DNA from: an uncultured Candidatus Bathyarchaeia archaeon | Lineage (GTDB): Archaea > Thermoproteota > Bathyarchaeia > Bathyarchaeales > Bathyarchaeaceae | NCBI GenBank assembly: GCA_964655075.1 | Contig: CAZZLD010000001.1 | Coordinates: forward strand, 239,682-303,681 | Direction: 5' to 3' | Length of the DNA: 64,000 nt | Shown: one piece after another, positions 19,126 through 28,181 of the stretch | Layout: every line of letters starts with the position of its first letter | How positions within the stretch are numbered: position 1 is the stretch's first letter | Made by a program: the position numbers and the translations under genes | The notes under the pieces: generated by a model | Seen by the model: the letters and a program-made list of their open reading frames with translations, nothing else | Told to the model about the DNA's origin: nothing | The model's database searches: none

Positions 19126-19320
19126 CGCATGTGGGTGGGCGAGCAGTTCTCGGTCCCTTATAGCCTTTCTCCTTCCCGGTCCCCAGGCTCGCTCACTTAC
19201 GCCCCCTAAAATACGACTCTCATACATAATTTCAGTGTGGGAACAGCGCTTGAGGAGAAAGGAGAAGGGCTTTGGGAGATTGTTATGGGTTCTTCAACAG
19301 CGCAAGTTCCCAACGCTTTC
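19126..19320 (+). ncRNA. Candidate structured RNA 2 (two hairpins with loop-to-stem complementarity)
   Basis: A 14-bp helix 19131-19144/19187-19200 contains three G.U pairs. A second helix is 19238-19250/19299-19312, with an inner helix 19264-19272/19287-19295 that contains four G.U pairs. The pyrimidine loop 19164-19174 is complementary to 19252-19262 (11 bp). The G.U pairs work only for a plus-strand transcript. Confidence 0.3.
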
Positions 19321-19339
19321 TATAACGGCGTTATAATAT
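19321..19339. repeat. Palindromic 15-mer TATAACGGCGTTATA (+ATAT), copy 2
   Basis: Read directly: tataacggcgttataatat. Confidence 0.9.
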
Positions 19340-19409
19340 AAACCTTTCTGCCTTAAACCTCTGAACGGAGGTTCATATGTGAAAAGGAAAAATAGCGCGT
19401 TTAAATGGT

Positions 19410-19673
19410 TTAGTGGCGGTAATTGTGAATGAAGGGGAGATCCTTGGCGTTGTTTAAGGAGCGTTTGTCGGTGGGTTTTATGGAGAGGACTTTGCCGCAG
19501 AGCCTGCACATGGAAACTAAAACGGGTTCTTTGCTTCGAACGTCGAAAACCTCAAACTGAACAACATCATGCAGGCACATAGTAATAGATTGTTTGCTGA
19601 AATAGAAAACCATTATGAACTCCGAATATAGATTGAAAATCCAACGGCTAAATGAAGTATGCCTGTGGGTCAC
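19410..19673 (-). CDS. Hypothetical small protein (orphan; start uncertain)
   Basis: Its GTG start overlaps the upstream stop (GTGA). An internal Met gives MCLHDVVQFEVFDVRSKEPVLVSMCRLCGK..., with C-x-H ... C-x2-C as possible zinc ligands. Confidence 0.25.
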   Translation of the reverse strand: MTHRHTSFSRWIFNLYSEFIMVFYFSKQSITMCLHDVVQFEVFDVRSKEPVLVSMCRLCGKVLSIKPTDKRSLNNAKDLPFIHNYRH

Positions 19674-19975
19674 ACCTGGATTAAAGGATAGTAATTCTCT
19701 AGACTTTTTCTAACCTTTCTTTTTTTGTAGCGCCCCGACTTTACGTTTTCTTTTTCTGGTGGAAGCGCAAAATCCTTTTCAAGAATTTCGTCAGCGTCAA
19801 AACCAACACTGTCAATTATGAATTTCGGTTGGGGAATCATGGATGGACTGTACCAAAATTGAAGCTGCACGCCGTGTTTTTTGCAGAGGGCCTCCACGTC
19901 CCCCTCGAAACTACTGTAAAGTTTGATAAGCTCTTCTTGAAATGCCAGAAAATTGTCCCTGTGAACGCGAGCCAT
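19670..19975 (-). CDS. Hypothetical protein (orphan)
   Basis: 101-aa ORF with protein-like composition and a basic tail (GRYKKRKVRK). No motif recognised. Confidence 0.4.
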   Translation of the reverse strand: MARVHRDNFLAFQEELIKLYSSFEGDVEALCKKHGVQLQFWYSPSMIPQPKFIIDSVGFDADEILEKDFALPPEKENVKSGRYKKRKVRKSLENYYPLIQV

Positions 19976-20235
19976 AACCTTGTGGAGACCCAGGTGTAAA
20001 ACTCGCTAGCGATAATATGAACCTTGTTAAGACCCGAAGATACTCTGGAATAATATGTCGCAGGTAATAGGGAGAATTGCGAAATTGCGGAAAGTGACTG
20101 AACCGAGGAAATTTTAACCTAACAAAAATCGCAGATTGACAATAACATGTAAAATTTGGACAGTTGGGCTACCATGTGGGTATTCTCATGCAGCTAACCG
20201 ACTATGATCATTCCAAAATAGTTTTAACTATTTAA

Positions 20236-20949
<714 letters not shown>

Positions 20950-20968
20950 CAGCGCTAGAGGCTTTGAA

Positions 20969-21862
20969 TTGAAGGTTGAGGTTGAATGCGGGGCTTGTTT
21001 GTTCCACCGCGGATGGATGGAAATCCAGAAGGCGACAGATGATCCTCTCCTTCGCTTCAAGGCGCTTTCCGCTTTGCTCAGTCTCTTAGCTGAAGGGTTT
21101 AATCCAGAAGCGGTTCCAGCCTACCTCGGCACGAAGAGGGACAGACTAATCAGAGAGATCACCGGCAACCATGACCCTTATGCTGAAAAGAAGAGAATCA
21201 GCAATCAGAAAGCCTTAGAAGTTCTTCCTCTGGCAGAAAACTTGGTTTCGCATGGAACATCTGCAAAGACGCGTTTCAGAAGGGCTTGTTTAAGCGCCAT
21301 GGTTGGAAACATCATGGAATTTGACATGCTAGGCTACAGTTTCAAGTTTGAAGACATAGAAAAACTGATTGCGCAGGCCGAGCAGGACTTAGCCATCGAC
21401 GACATCCCAGAAATCTTCAGTAGAGCCAAAGAAGCAAAGAATATTCTGTATCTGACAGATAACGCCGGAGAAGTAGCCTTCGACACTCTGCTGGTTCAAG
21501 AGCTAGAAAAACTTGGAGCCCAAGTCGCAGTGGCAGTTAAGGAAAAGCCCATATTCAACGATGCAACTATGGCTGACGCAAAAACCGTGGGGATGCACGA
21601 AGTTGCAAGCGACGTCATAACGCTTGGAACAGACACCATCGGACTGATTCTCGACGAGGTTTCTGACGAGTTCTTAAGCTATTATAACTCAGCTGATTTA
21701 GTTGTAGCGAAGGGCATGGGTTACGCCGAAACCCTGACGGAGCTCGAGTTGACTACGCCACATGCTTTGATGCTGCGAACGAAATGTCAGCCAGTGGCTA
21801 ATTTATTTGGAGTGAGCAGAAACAGGAATGTTGCCAAATTGATGCTTCAGCCAAGGAAGTGA
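20969..21862 (+). CDS. DUF89 / ARMT1-like damage-control phosphatase family protein
   Basis: N-terminal C-x2-C, DPY..KK, LYLTDNAGEVAFDTLL, and AKGMGYAETL near the C-terminus. Confidence 0.75.
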   Translation: MKVEVECGACLFHRGWMEIQKATDDPLLRFKALSALLSLLAEGFNPEAVPAYLGTKRDRLIREITGNHDPYAEKKRISNQKALEVLPLAENLVSHGTSAKTRFRRACLSAMVGNIMEFDMLGYSFKFEDIEKLIAQAEQDLAIDDIPEIFSRAKEAKNILYLTDNAGEVAFDTLLVQELEKLGAQVAVAVKEKPIFNDATMADAKTVGMHEVASDVITLGTDTIGLILDEVSDEFLSYYNSADLVVAKGMGYAETLTELELTTPHALMLRTKCQPVANLFGVSRNRNVAKLMLQPRK

Positions 21863-21868
21863 GGGAAA

Positions 21869-23977
21869 ATGGTTGCCGCCTTACCTGAAGTTCACGTTGG
21901 ATCAGAGGCTCTTTCAGATTTTGACAAAGCCATTCAAAAGGAGTGGCTCATAACCAACGGGCTCGGCGGATTCGCCTCCTCAACGGTTTTAGGCATAAAC
22001 ACGCGGAAATACCACGCCTTGCTGATTGCAGCTTTCAACCCGCCTGTTGACCGAAGAGTTCTCCTCACAAGGCTTGACGAAGAAATCGTTATCGACAACG
22101 AGACTTACTCGACTGAGGCAAACGAGTTTAAATGGGGCATCAAACCCCAAGGCTACCGGTCTTTAATCGACTTTGGGCTTAGCCCTTTTCCAGTCTATAA
22201 ATACGATTTGAAAGGAGTTAAACTCCAGAAAACCCTTTTTATGCCGCATATGAAAAACGCAACAGTTGTCAGTTACGAGATTGTCAATCCCCACCAAACT
22301 GAGGTTTCCGTCCGCGTGACGCCGACAGTCAATTCTAGACATTTCCACTCCCTCACAAACAAGGATTATTTAGATTGGAGCTTCGTTCAGAAGCCGCTTG
22401 ACCGCGGATTTATCGTTCAACCCTCAGTTCCTCTGTCAACTTTAATCCTCTCCTCCACTGAGGGCCGCTATTTATCGGGTGAAGGCGAGTGGATTAGGGA
22501 AATGTATTTTCGAGTGGATGCCTCTCGAGGGGACAGCTGTCTTGATGACGGATATAAGCCCGGGTTTTTCGAGGTTAAGCTTGCCCCTGCTGAGACAAAG
22601 AAATTCTACATCATTGCGGCTACGGGTAAAACTGAAAGTGAAGCGCAAACTCTTTTATCATCAGTTTACGGCGGAAAAACCAGTGATGCTGAAAACTCTT
22701 ATACGTTGGAGCTGAAGCGGCTGGAGGGCTTGCTCGACAGGTTTCAGAAGAGACACGTCGATGTGAAGATGGAAGACTGGTTGAAGTGGGTTCTGTTTGC
22801 AGCTGACTCTTTCATTGTGGATCGGGAGTCAACTGGCGCAAAGTCGGTGATCGCCGGTTATCATTGGTTCAGCGATTGGGGCAGAGATTCTCTGATTTCG
22901 CTGCCTGGCTTAACCCTCGTAACGGGGAGATTCGGAGGCGCGAGGAACATTTTGCTGACGTTTAAACAGTACTGTAAAGAGGGCCTCATCCCTAACGTGT
23001 TTCCAGATTTTGCTGGAGGAAATCCGATGTATAACACGGTGGACGGAACCCTCTGGTACGTCAACGCGGTTCTTCAGTATGTCAAATACACCGGCGACTT
23101 CGAGTTTGTTCAAAAGGAACTGTGGACCACGCTGAAATCAATCATTGAAAACCACGTTCGAGGCACCCTTTTTGATATACACATGGAAAACGACGGCTTA
23201 ATCGCTCACGGTCCCCAACTCACTTGGATGGATGTCATGGTAGGAGGCAGAATAATCACGCCCAGAGAGGGTAAAGCCGTGGAAATTCAAGCCTTATGGT
23301 ATAGCGCCTTAAAAATCATGGAGACGCTTGCGAAACGTTTTGCTCAACAGGAAGATGCGGAAAGATATTCGGTTATGGCTGAAACGGCGAGAAAAAGCTT
23401 CGTGGAAAAGTTTTGGAACCCGCAGAACGGATACCTGTTTGACGTGGTCTCAGAACAGCAGAGAGACACTTCGTTGCGGCCCAACCAAGTGATAGCGGTT
23501 TCATTAGATTTTTCGATGGTCGACAAGGCGATTGGCGAGAAGGTTGTTGAAGCCGTTTGGAAGAAGCTGTGGGGCGTCTGCGGGTTAAAAACCCTTGCGC
23601 CGAATGACCCGCGTTATGTTAAAGTTTATCTTGGAGACAGAAATCACCGCGACACGGCGTACCACAACGGAACAATTTGGGCTTGGCCTCTCGGACCTTT
23701 TGTAACCGCCTTCTTGAAGGCTAAGGGTTACGAGAAGCATTGGCGGAATTTTGCTTTTGAGAATTTTTTGAAACCGCTGTTTCAGGAGAAGCTCTTCGAA
23801 GCTGGATTTGGAACCTTAAGCGAAGTTTTTGAGCCTGAGCCGCCTCATCAGTCTCGTGGATGTATATCGCAGGCTTGGAGCGTCGCAGAGCCTTTAAGGG
23901 CTTATGTTGAGGATGTTTTGTTGCAGAGACCGCCTTATGAAAGAGAGATTAAGGTTTATGACGTCGCTGGAAGATAA
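21869..23977 (+). CDS. Glycogen debranching enzyme (archaeal amylo-alpha-1,6-glucosidase type)
   Basis: N-terminal domain EWLITNGLGGFASSTVLGINTRKYHALL. C-terminal (alpha/alpha)6 region AGYHWFSDWGRDSLISLPGL...AYHNGTIWAWPLGPF. Confidence 0.85.
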   Translation: MVAALPEVHVGSEALSDFDKAIQKEWLITNGLGGFASSTVLGINTRKYHALLIAAFNPPVDRRVLLTRLDEEIVIDNETYSTEANEFKWGIKPQGYRSLIDFGLSPFPVYKYDLKGVKLQKTLFMPHMKNATVVSYEIVNPHQTEVSVRVTPTVNSRHFHSLTNKDYLDWSFVQKPLDRGFIVQPSVPLSTLILSSTEGRYLSGEGEWIREMYFRVDASRGDSCLDDGYKPGFFEVKLAPAETKKFYIIAATGKTESEAQTLLSSVYGGKTSDAENSYTLELKRLEGLLDRFQKRHVDVKMEDWLKWVLFAADSFIVDRESTGAKSVIAGYHWFSDWGRDSLISLPGLTLVTGRFGGARNILLTFKQYCKEGLIPNVFPDFAGGNPMYNTVDGTLWYVNAVLQYVKYTGDFEFVQKELWTTLKSIIENHVRGTLFDIHMENDGLIAHGPQLTWMDVMVGGRIITPREGKAVEIQALWYSALKIMETLAKRFAQQEDAERYSVMAETARKSFVEKFWNPQNGYLFDVVSEQQRDTSLRPNQVIAVSLDFSMVDKAIGEKVVEAVWKKLWGVCGLKTLAPNDPRYVKVYLGDRNHRDTAYHNGTIWAWPLGPFVTAFLKAKGYEKHWRNFAFENFLKPLFQEKLFEAGFGTLSEVFEPEPPHQSRGCISQAWSVAEPLRAYVEDVLLQRPPYEREIKVYDVAGR

Positions 23978-24049
23978 CGAGCAGGATTACATGCCCCGTG
24001 TTTTCGGCATTGCACATCACACATAAATCTTAGTTCATAGAAATTAAGT

Positions 24050-26551
24050 ATGGAGACTAACATGCAGGCTGTTGTCATGGCGGGCGGGGCGGGAACTAGG
24101 CTTCGTCCCTTAACGACCAATCGTCCTAAACCGATGGTTCCCATAGTGAACCGACCAATTCTAGAGCACGTAATTGATCTTCTAAAGAAACACAAAGTTA
24201 AGGACATCACCGCCACTCTTCACTACTTCTCAGGCGTCATCACAAACCAGTTTCAAGACGGAACGAATTTCGGCGTAAAAATGAACTATTTAGTGGAGGA
24301 AAAACCTCTCGGAACGGCTGGAGGCGTAAAGAAAGCGGAGCAATACCTTAACGAAACCTTCATCGTGATGAGCGGCGACGTGCTGACGGACATTGACCTC
24401 TCTGAGGCGATCAAGTTTCACCGAAATAAAGGGGCTGTTGCCACAATCGTGTTGACGAGAGTTCCGAACCCTGTTGAGTACGGCGTTGTTATCGTCAACG
24501 AAGATGGCGGGATTAAGCGGTTTCTCGAGAAGCCCGGCTGGGGAGAAGTTTTCAGCGACACCATTAACAGTGGGATCTACATTTTAGAACCGGAAGTCCT
24601 CAAGTATGTGAAAACCGAAACCGAGTTTGATTTCAGCAAAAACCTGTTCCCGCTACTTCTGGAAAATAAGGAGCCGATGTTCGGATACATCGCCGACGGA
24701 TACTGGTGCGACATCGGAAACTCCATTCAATACCTTCAGGCAAACCAAGATGTTCTACAGGGCATCGTAAAGGTGAACATCCCAGGAACCGCGGACGACG
24801 ATGTGTGGGTTGGTGAGAACACGGAAATTGAGGAAGGCGTTGAAATTAGGCCGCCAGTTCTTATCGGAAAGAACTGCCGAGTTCGAAAAGGAGCCATAAT
24901 AGGAGACTTCACCTCACTTGGAGACGGCGTGATAGTCGATGGAGAAGCCGCTGTGAAACGCTCCGCTGTCTGGAACAACACGTTCATTGGACCCAGAGCC
25001 TATCTTGCCAGATGCGTGGTCTGCGAAAAATGTAACGTTCACGAATCAGCTGCTCTCCTCGAAGGGGCGGTGGTGGGAGACGAATGCGTGATTAGGCGTG
25101 GCGCCACGGTTAAGTCAGGGATACGAATTTGGCCGGGAAAGATGATTGAAGCAGGCGCGGTTGTCCACATGGATTTGCGGTGGGGGATGAGGTGGATGTC
25201 GAATCTCTTCGGCACCAACGGCATAACCGGCCTAGCAAACATTGAAATCATCCCTGAGTTCGCCTCAAAACTCGGTGTGGCTTTCGGCTCTTTTCTTGGA
25301 AGAGGCGCAAAGGTGGTGGTCGGCCGCGACACTCACAGGGCTTCAAGAGTGATAAAGAGGGCTTTGATAGCGGGTTTAACCTCAGCAGGCGTTACGGTTT
25401 ATAACTTGAGGATTTGCCCTGCGCCGGTTACGAGATATATGGTTCGCTGTTTTGGTGCTGACGCAGGCGTCGAGGTTAGGGTACATGAAATCGATCCTAG
25501 GTCCGTGAATATCCAATTCTTTGACTCAAACGGAATGGAACTGGACCGATCATCAGAAAAAAGGATAGAAGGAATCTTCTTTAAGGAAGAATTTCGGAGG
25601 GTGCTCACCGACGAGGTTGGAGACATTGTTTACCCTGCTAGAATATTCGACCTTTACCGAGAGGACATCTTGAAATTCTTAGACTTGGGGAACATGCGGA
25701 AAGCCAGTTTAAACGTGGTCATTGACTGCGCTAACGGCGCTGGATCCCTCGTAGCGCCAACTATATTCGGCGAACTCGGATGTCAAGTTACTACGCTTAA
25801 TGCCAGACTGGACGAATTCATTGGACCCAGAACCTTTGAACAAACCCCGCCTTCCATTTCCAACTTGGCTAGAGTGGTGAAAGCCTTGGATGCTGACTTA
25901 GGAATCGCTTTAGATGGAGATGCTGACCGAGTTATATTCATTGACGAAAAAGGAACCGTTATTTCCGGTGACAATTCGCTTGCCATGATTTCTCAGGAAG
26001 TAGTTAAGGAAAGAGGCGGTGGCAAAGTTGTTGTTCCGATAAGTACCTCTCGCATGATAAACCAAGTCATTGAGCCCCTTGGTGGAGAAGTGATTCGGTG
26101 TAGATTAGGAGCGAGACCGCTTCTTGACGCTGTAACTACTCATCAGGCAGCTTTCGGAGGGGAGGAGAGCGGAAGCTTTGTTCTTCCCGATTTTCAGAAG
26201 GGATACGACGGGATAGTTGCCGCGGCGAAGACAACCGAGATCTTAGCGAGGAATAATGTTAAATTGTCCAGCCTTCACATCGGTTTGCCGAACTTCTACA
26301 TGGCTAAACAATCTGTTCCTTGTCCTTGGGAATACCGCGGCAAGATCATGCGGAGCATTATAGAGGAAGTTCGAGACCGCCAGATTGACACTATTGACGG
26401 CATCAAAGTTTTCTACGATAGCAACTGGATTCTTATGCATCCGAGCTCTGAAGAACCAGTCATCGACCTTTACGCTGAAGCGCCGAGTAAGAAAGCTGCA
26501 GACCGCCTTATCGAGGAGTACGATGAAAAAATTCGCGGTTTAATTACGTGA
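24050..26551 (+). CDS. Sugar-1-phosphate nucleotidylyltransferase + left-handed beta-helix + phosphogluco/phosphomannomutase-like domain fusion
   Basis: MAGGAGTRLRPLT...PLGTAGG (NTP transferase), then hexapeptide repeats, then a PGM/PMM-like region with LDGDADRVIF and GGEESGSF. RVHEIDP replaces the expected T-A-S-H-N-P phosphoserine loop. Confidence 0.8.
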   Translation: METNMQAVVMAGGAGTRLRPLTTNRPKPMVPIVNRPILEHVIDLLKKHKVKDITATLHYFSGVITNQFQDGTNFGVKMNYLVEEKPLGTAGGVKKAEQYLNETFIVMSGDVLTDIDLSEAIKFHRNKGAVATIVLTRVPNPVEYGVVIVNEDGGIKRFLEKPGWGEVFSDTINSGIYILEPEVLKYVKTETEFDFSKNLFPLLLENKEPMFGYIADGYWCDIGNSIQYLQANQDVLQGIVKVNIPGTADDDVWVGENTEIEEGVEIRPPVLIGKNCRVRKGAIIGDFTSLGDGVIVDGEAAVKRSAVWNNTFIGPRAYLARCVVCEKCNVHESAALLEGAVVGDECVIRRGATVKSGIRIWPGKMIEAGAVVHMDLRWGMRWMSNLFGTNGITGLANIEIIPEFASKLGVAFGSFLGRGAKVVVGRDTHRASRVIKRALIAGLTSAGVTVYNLRICPAPVTRYMVRCFGADAGVEVRVHEIDPRSVNIQFFDSNGMELDRSSEKRIEGIFFKEEFRRVLTDEVGDIVYPARIFDLYREDILKFLDLGNMRKASLNVVIDCANGAGSLVAPTIFGELGCQVTTLNARLDEFIGPRTFEQTPPSISNLARVVKALDADLGIALDGDADRVIFIDEKGTVISGDNSLAMISQEVVKERGGGKVVVPISTSRMINQVIEPLGGEVIRCRLGARPLLDAVTTHQAAFGGEESGSFVLPDFQKGYDGIVAAAKTTEILARNNVKLSSLHIGLPNFYMAKQSVPCPWEYRGKIMRSIIEEVRDRQIDTIDGIKVFYDSNWILMHPSSEEPVIDLYAEAPSKKAADRLIEEYDEKIRGLIT

Positions 26552-26632
26552 CCCCTTGAACCGGCTTCAATCTCCTGAGTGGCCAAATGGTTAAAAGAGG
26601 TTTAATGTGTCTCTATTAAAGGTGGATTCGGT

Positions 26633-28174
26633 ATGACAGATTTGGTTTTCGCCTTTGAGGTTCATCAGCCGTTTAGGATAAAGAAGACTTACTTTTGGCA
26701 GCGCGAGATGTTTCAGCGGGTTCGAAAGGACGAGTTGTTTGACTATTATTTTGACAGGGATAAGGACCTAGAAATTTTTGAGAGGGTAAGCCGGAAATGT
26801 TACTTGCCGACCAATCGCCTGCTTCTCAACCTAATAGACAAATTCAAACATGAAAAGAGAAAGGTGAAGGTTGCTTTCAGTATTTCCGGCGTGTTTCTTG
26901 AGCAGTGTGAAAGATTTAACAAGGATGTTTTGGAATCCTTCAAACAGCTGGCTGAAACAGGCTGCGTGGAATTCCTCGAACAAACCTATTATCACTCGTT
27001 AAGCGGGCTGTACCCCGTCAGAGACGAATTCGAAGAACAGGTGAAAATGCACAGGCAAATTATTTGGGACCTTCTGCACTTTAGACCAGCGGTTTTTGAG
27101 AACACGGAACTTCTATACAATAATGCTATTGCAAAAGTTGTGGAAAACATGGGATACACCGGAATATACATGGAGGGCGTTGAAAGAGTCCTGAAGGATA
27201 GGCTGCCGAACCATGTTTACACCGCGAAAGGCTGCAAAAACCTTAGGGTTCTCCTGCGTAACTACAAGCTCACAGACGACATAGGATTCAGATTCTCAGC
27301 CAAGTGGTGGGACGGATGGCCCTTAACAGCGGGCAAGTACGCTTCTTGGCTGGATGTTACACCCGGAAACGTAATCAGCATTTTTCCGGATTACGAAACT
27401 TTTGGCGAACATCACTGGCCTGAAACGGGAATCCACGATTTCTTATCTCAGTTGCTGGTTGAAATTCTCGTTCACAAGAATTTGGACATGGTGACGCCTT
27501 CTGAGGCGATAAAGAGACACAGTCCAGTGGGGGAGGTTGATGTTCCTGAACTCAGCGCGGTTTCGTGGGCAGATCAAGAAAGAGACACAAGCTGTTGGTT
27601 GGGAAACACCATGCAGTGGGCGTACTACACGACGATGAGGGACATGGAACAACTCGTCAAAGAATCTGGAGACCCAGACTTCATTAGAAACTGGAGATAC
27701 TTCCAGATCAGCGACCACATGTATTACATGTTCACTGCGGGTGGAGCTCCAGGCGAAGTCCACTCGTACTTCAGTCCCTACGGAAACCCAATCGACGCCT
27801 TCGTGACTTGCCAGAGCGCTTTAACGGATTTCGAAATGAGATTACGGTTATTCACCGTCGCCACGAAGGAACCTTTCAAGTTCTACTCAGGCGTCGGAGA
27901 GAAAAAATACATTGGCGTTAGCGCATTAAGCCTCGAGGGCTTTATTGACGCGGTTTTAAAGGTGGACACTCAGACATTAGAGTTTCACAACGGTAGAGGC
28001 GACTTCGAAAGCTGGGCAAAATTCAGCCTAAGCAACAAGGAGCTAGCGGACGAGTTTCAAAAAATCAGCAAATCTGAACTTGAGGGAGAAGAACTCAGAG
28101 CAGCGATTGCCAAGACTGCTAAGAAACACTTTGTTGAATTACACAAGAAAGCTCAAGACCTCGGATACTACTAG
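26633..28174 (+). CDS. Glycoside hydrolase family 57 alpha-glucan-active enzyme (alpha-amylase-like)
   Basis: FEVHQPFRI N-terminus, ...DYETFGEHHW..., overall GH57 layout plus a C-terminal helical domain. Confidence 0.8.
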   Translation: MTDLVFAFEVHQPFRIKKTYFWQREMFQRVRKDELFDYYFDRDKDLEIFERVSRKCYLPTNRLLLNLIDKFKHEKRKVKVAFSISGVFLEQCERFNKDVLESFKQLAETGCVEFLEQTYYHSLSGLYPVRDEFEEQVKMHRQIIWDLLHFRPAVFENTELLYNNAIAKVVENMGYTGIYMEGVERVLKDRLPNHVYTAKGCKNLRVLLRNYKLTDDIGFRFSAKWWDGWPLTAGKYASWLDVTPGNVISIFPDYETFGEHHWPETGIHDFLSQLLVEILVHKNLDMVTPSEAIKRHSPVGEVDVPELSAVSWADQERDTSCWLGNTMQWAYYTTMRDMEQLVKESGDPDFIRNWRYFQISDHMYYMFTAGGAPGEVHSYFSPYGNPIDAFVTCQSALTDFEMRLRLFTVATKEPFKFYSGVGEKKYIGVSALSLEGFIDAVLKVDTQTLEFHNGRGDFESWAKFSLSNKELADEFQKISKSELEGEELRAAIAKTAKKHFVELHKKAQDLGYY

Positions 28175-28181
28175 GTTAGAT

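Noticed and set aside
18954-19320. Tested whether the structured intergenic RNA is RNase P RNA or SRP (7S) RNA
   Set aside because: I found no CR-I GAGGAAAGUCC, GGGUGAAA or CR-V ACAGAACCCGGCUUA-like elements, and no SRP helix-8 AGGCCCGGAAGGGAGCA-like motif on either strand. The 5' end pairs locally rather than with a distal 3' end. The locus therefore stays an unclassified candidate.
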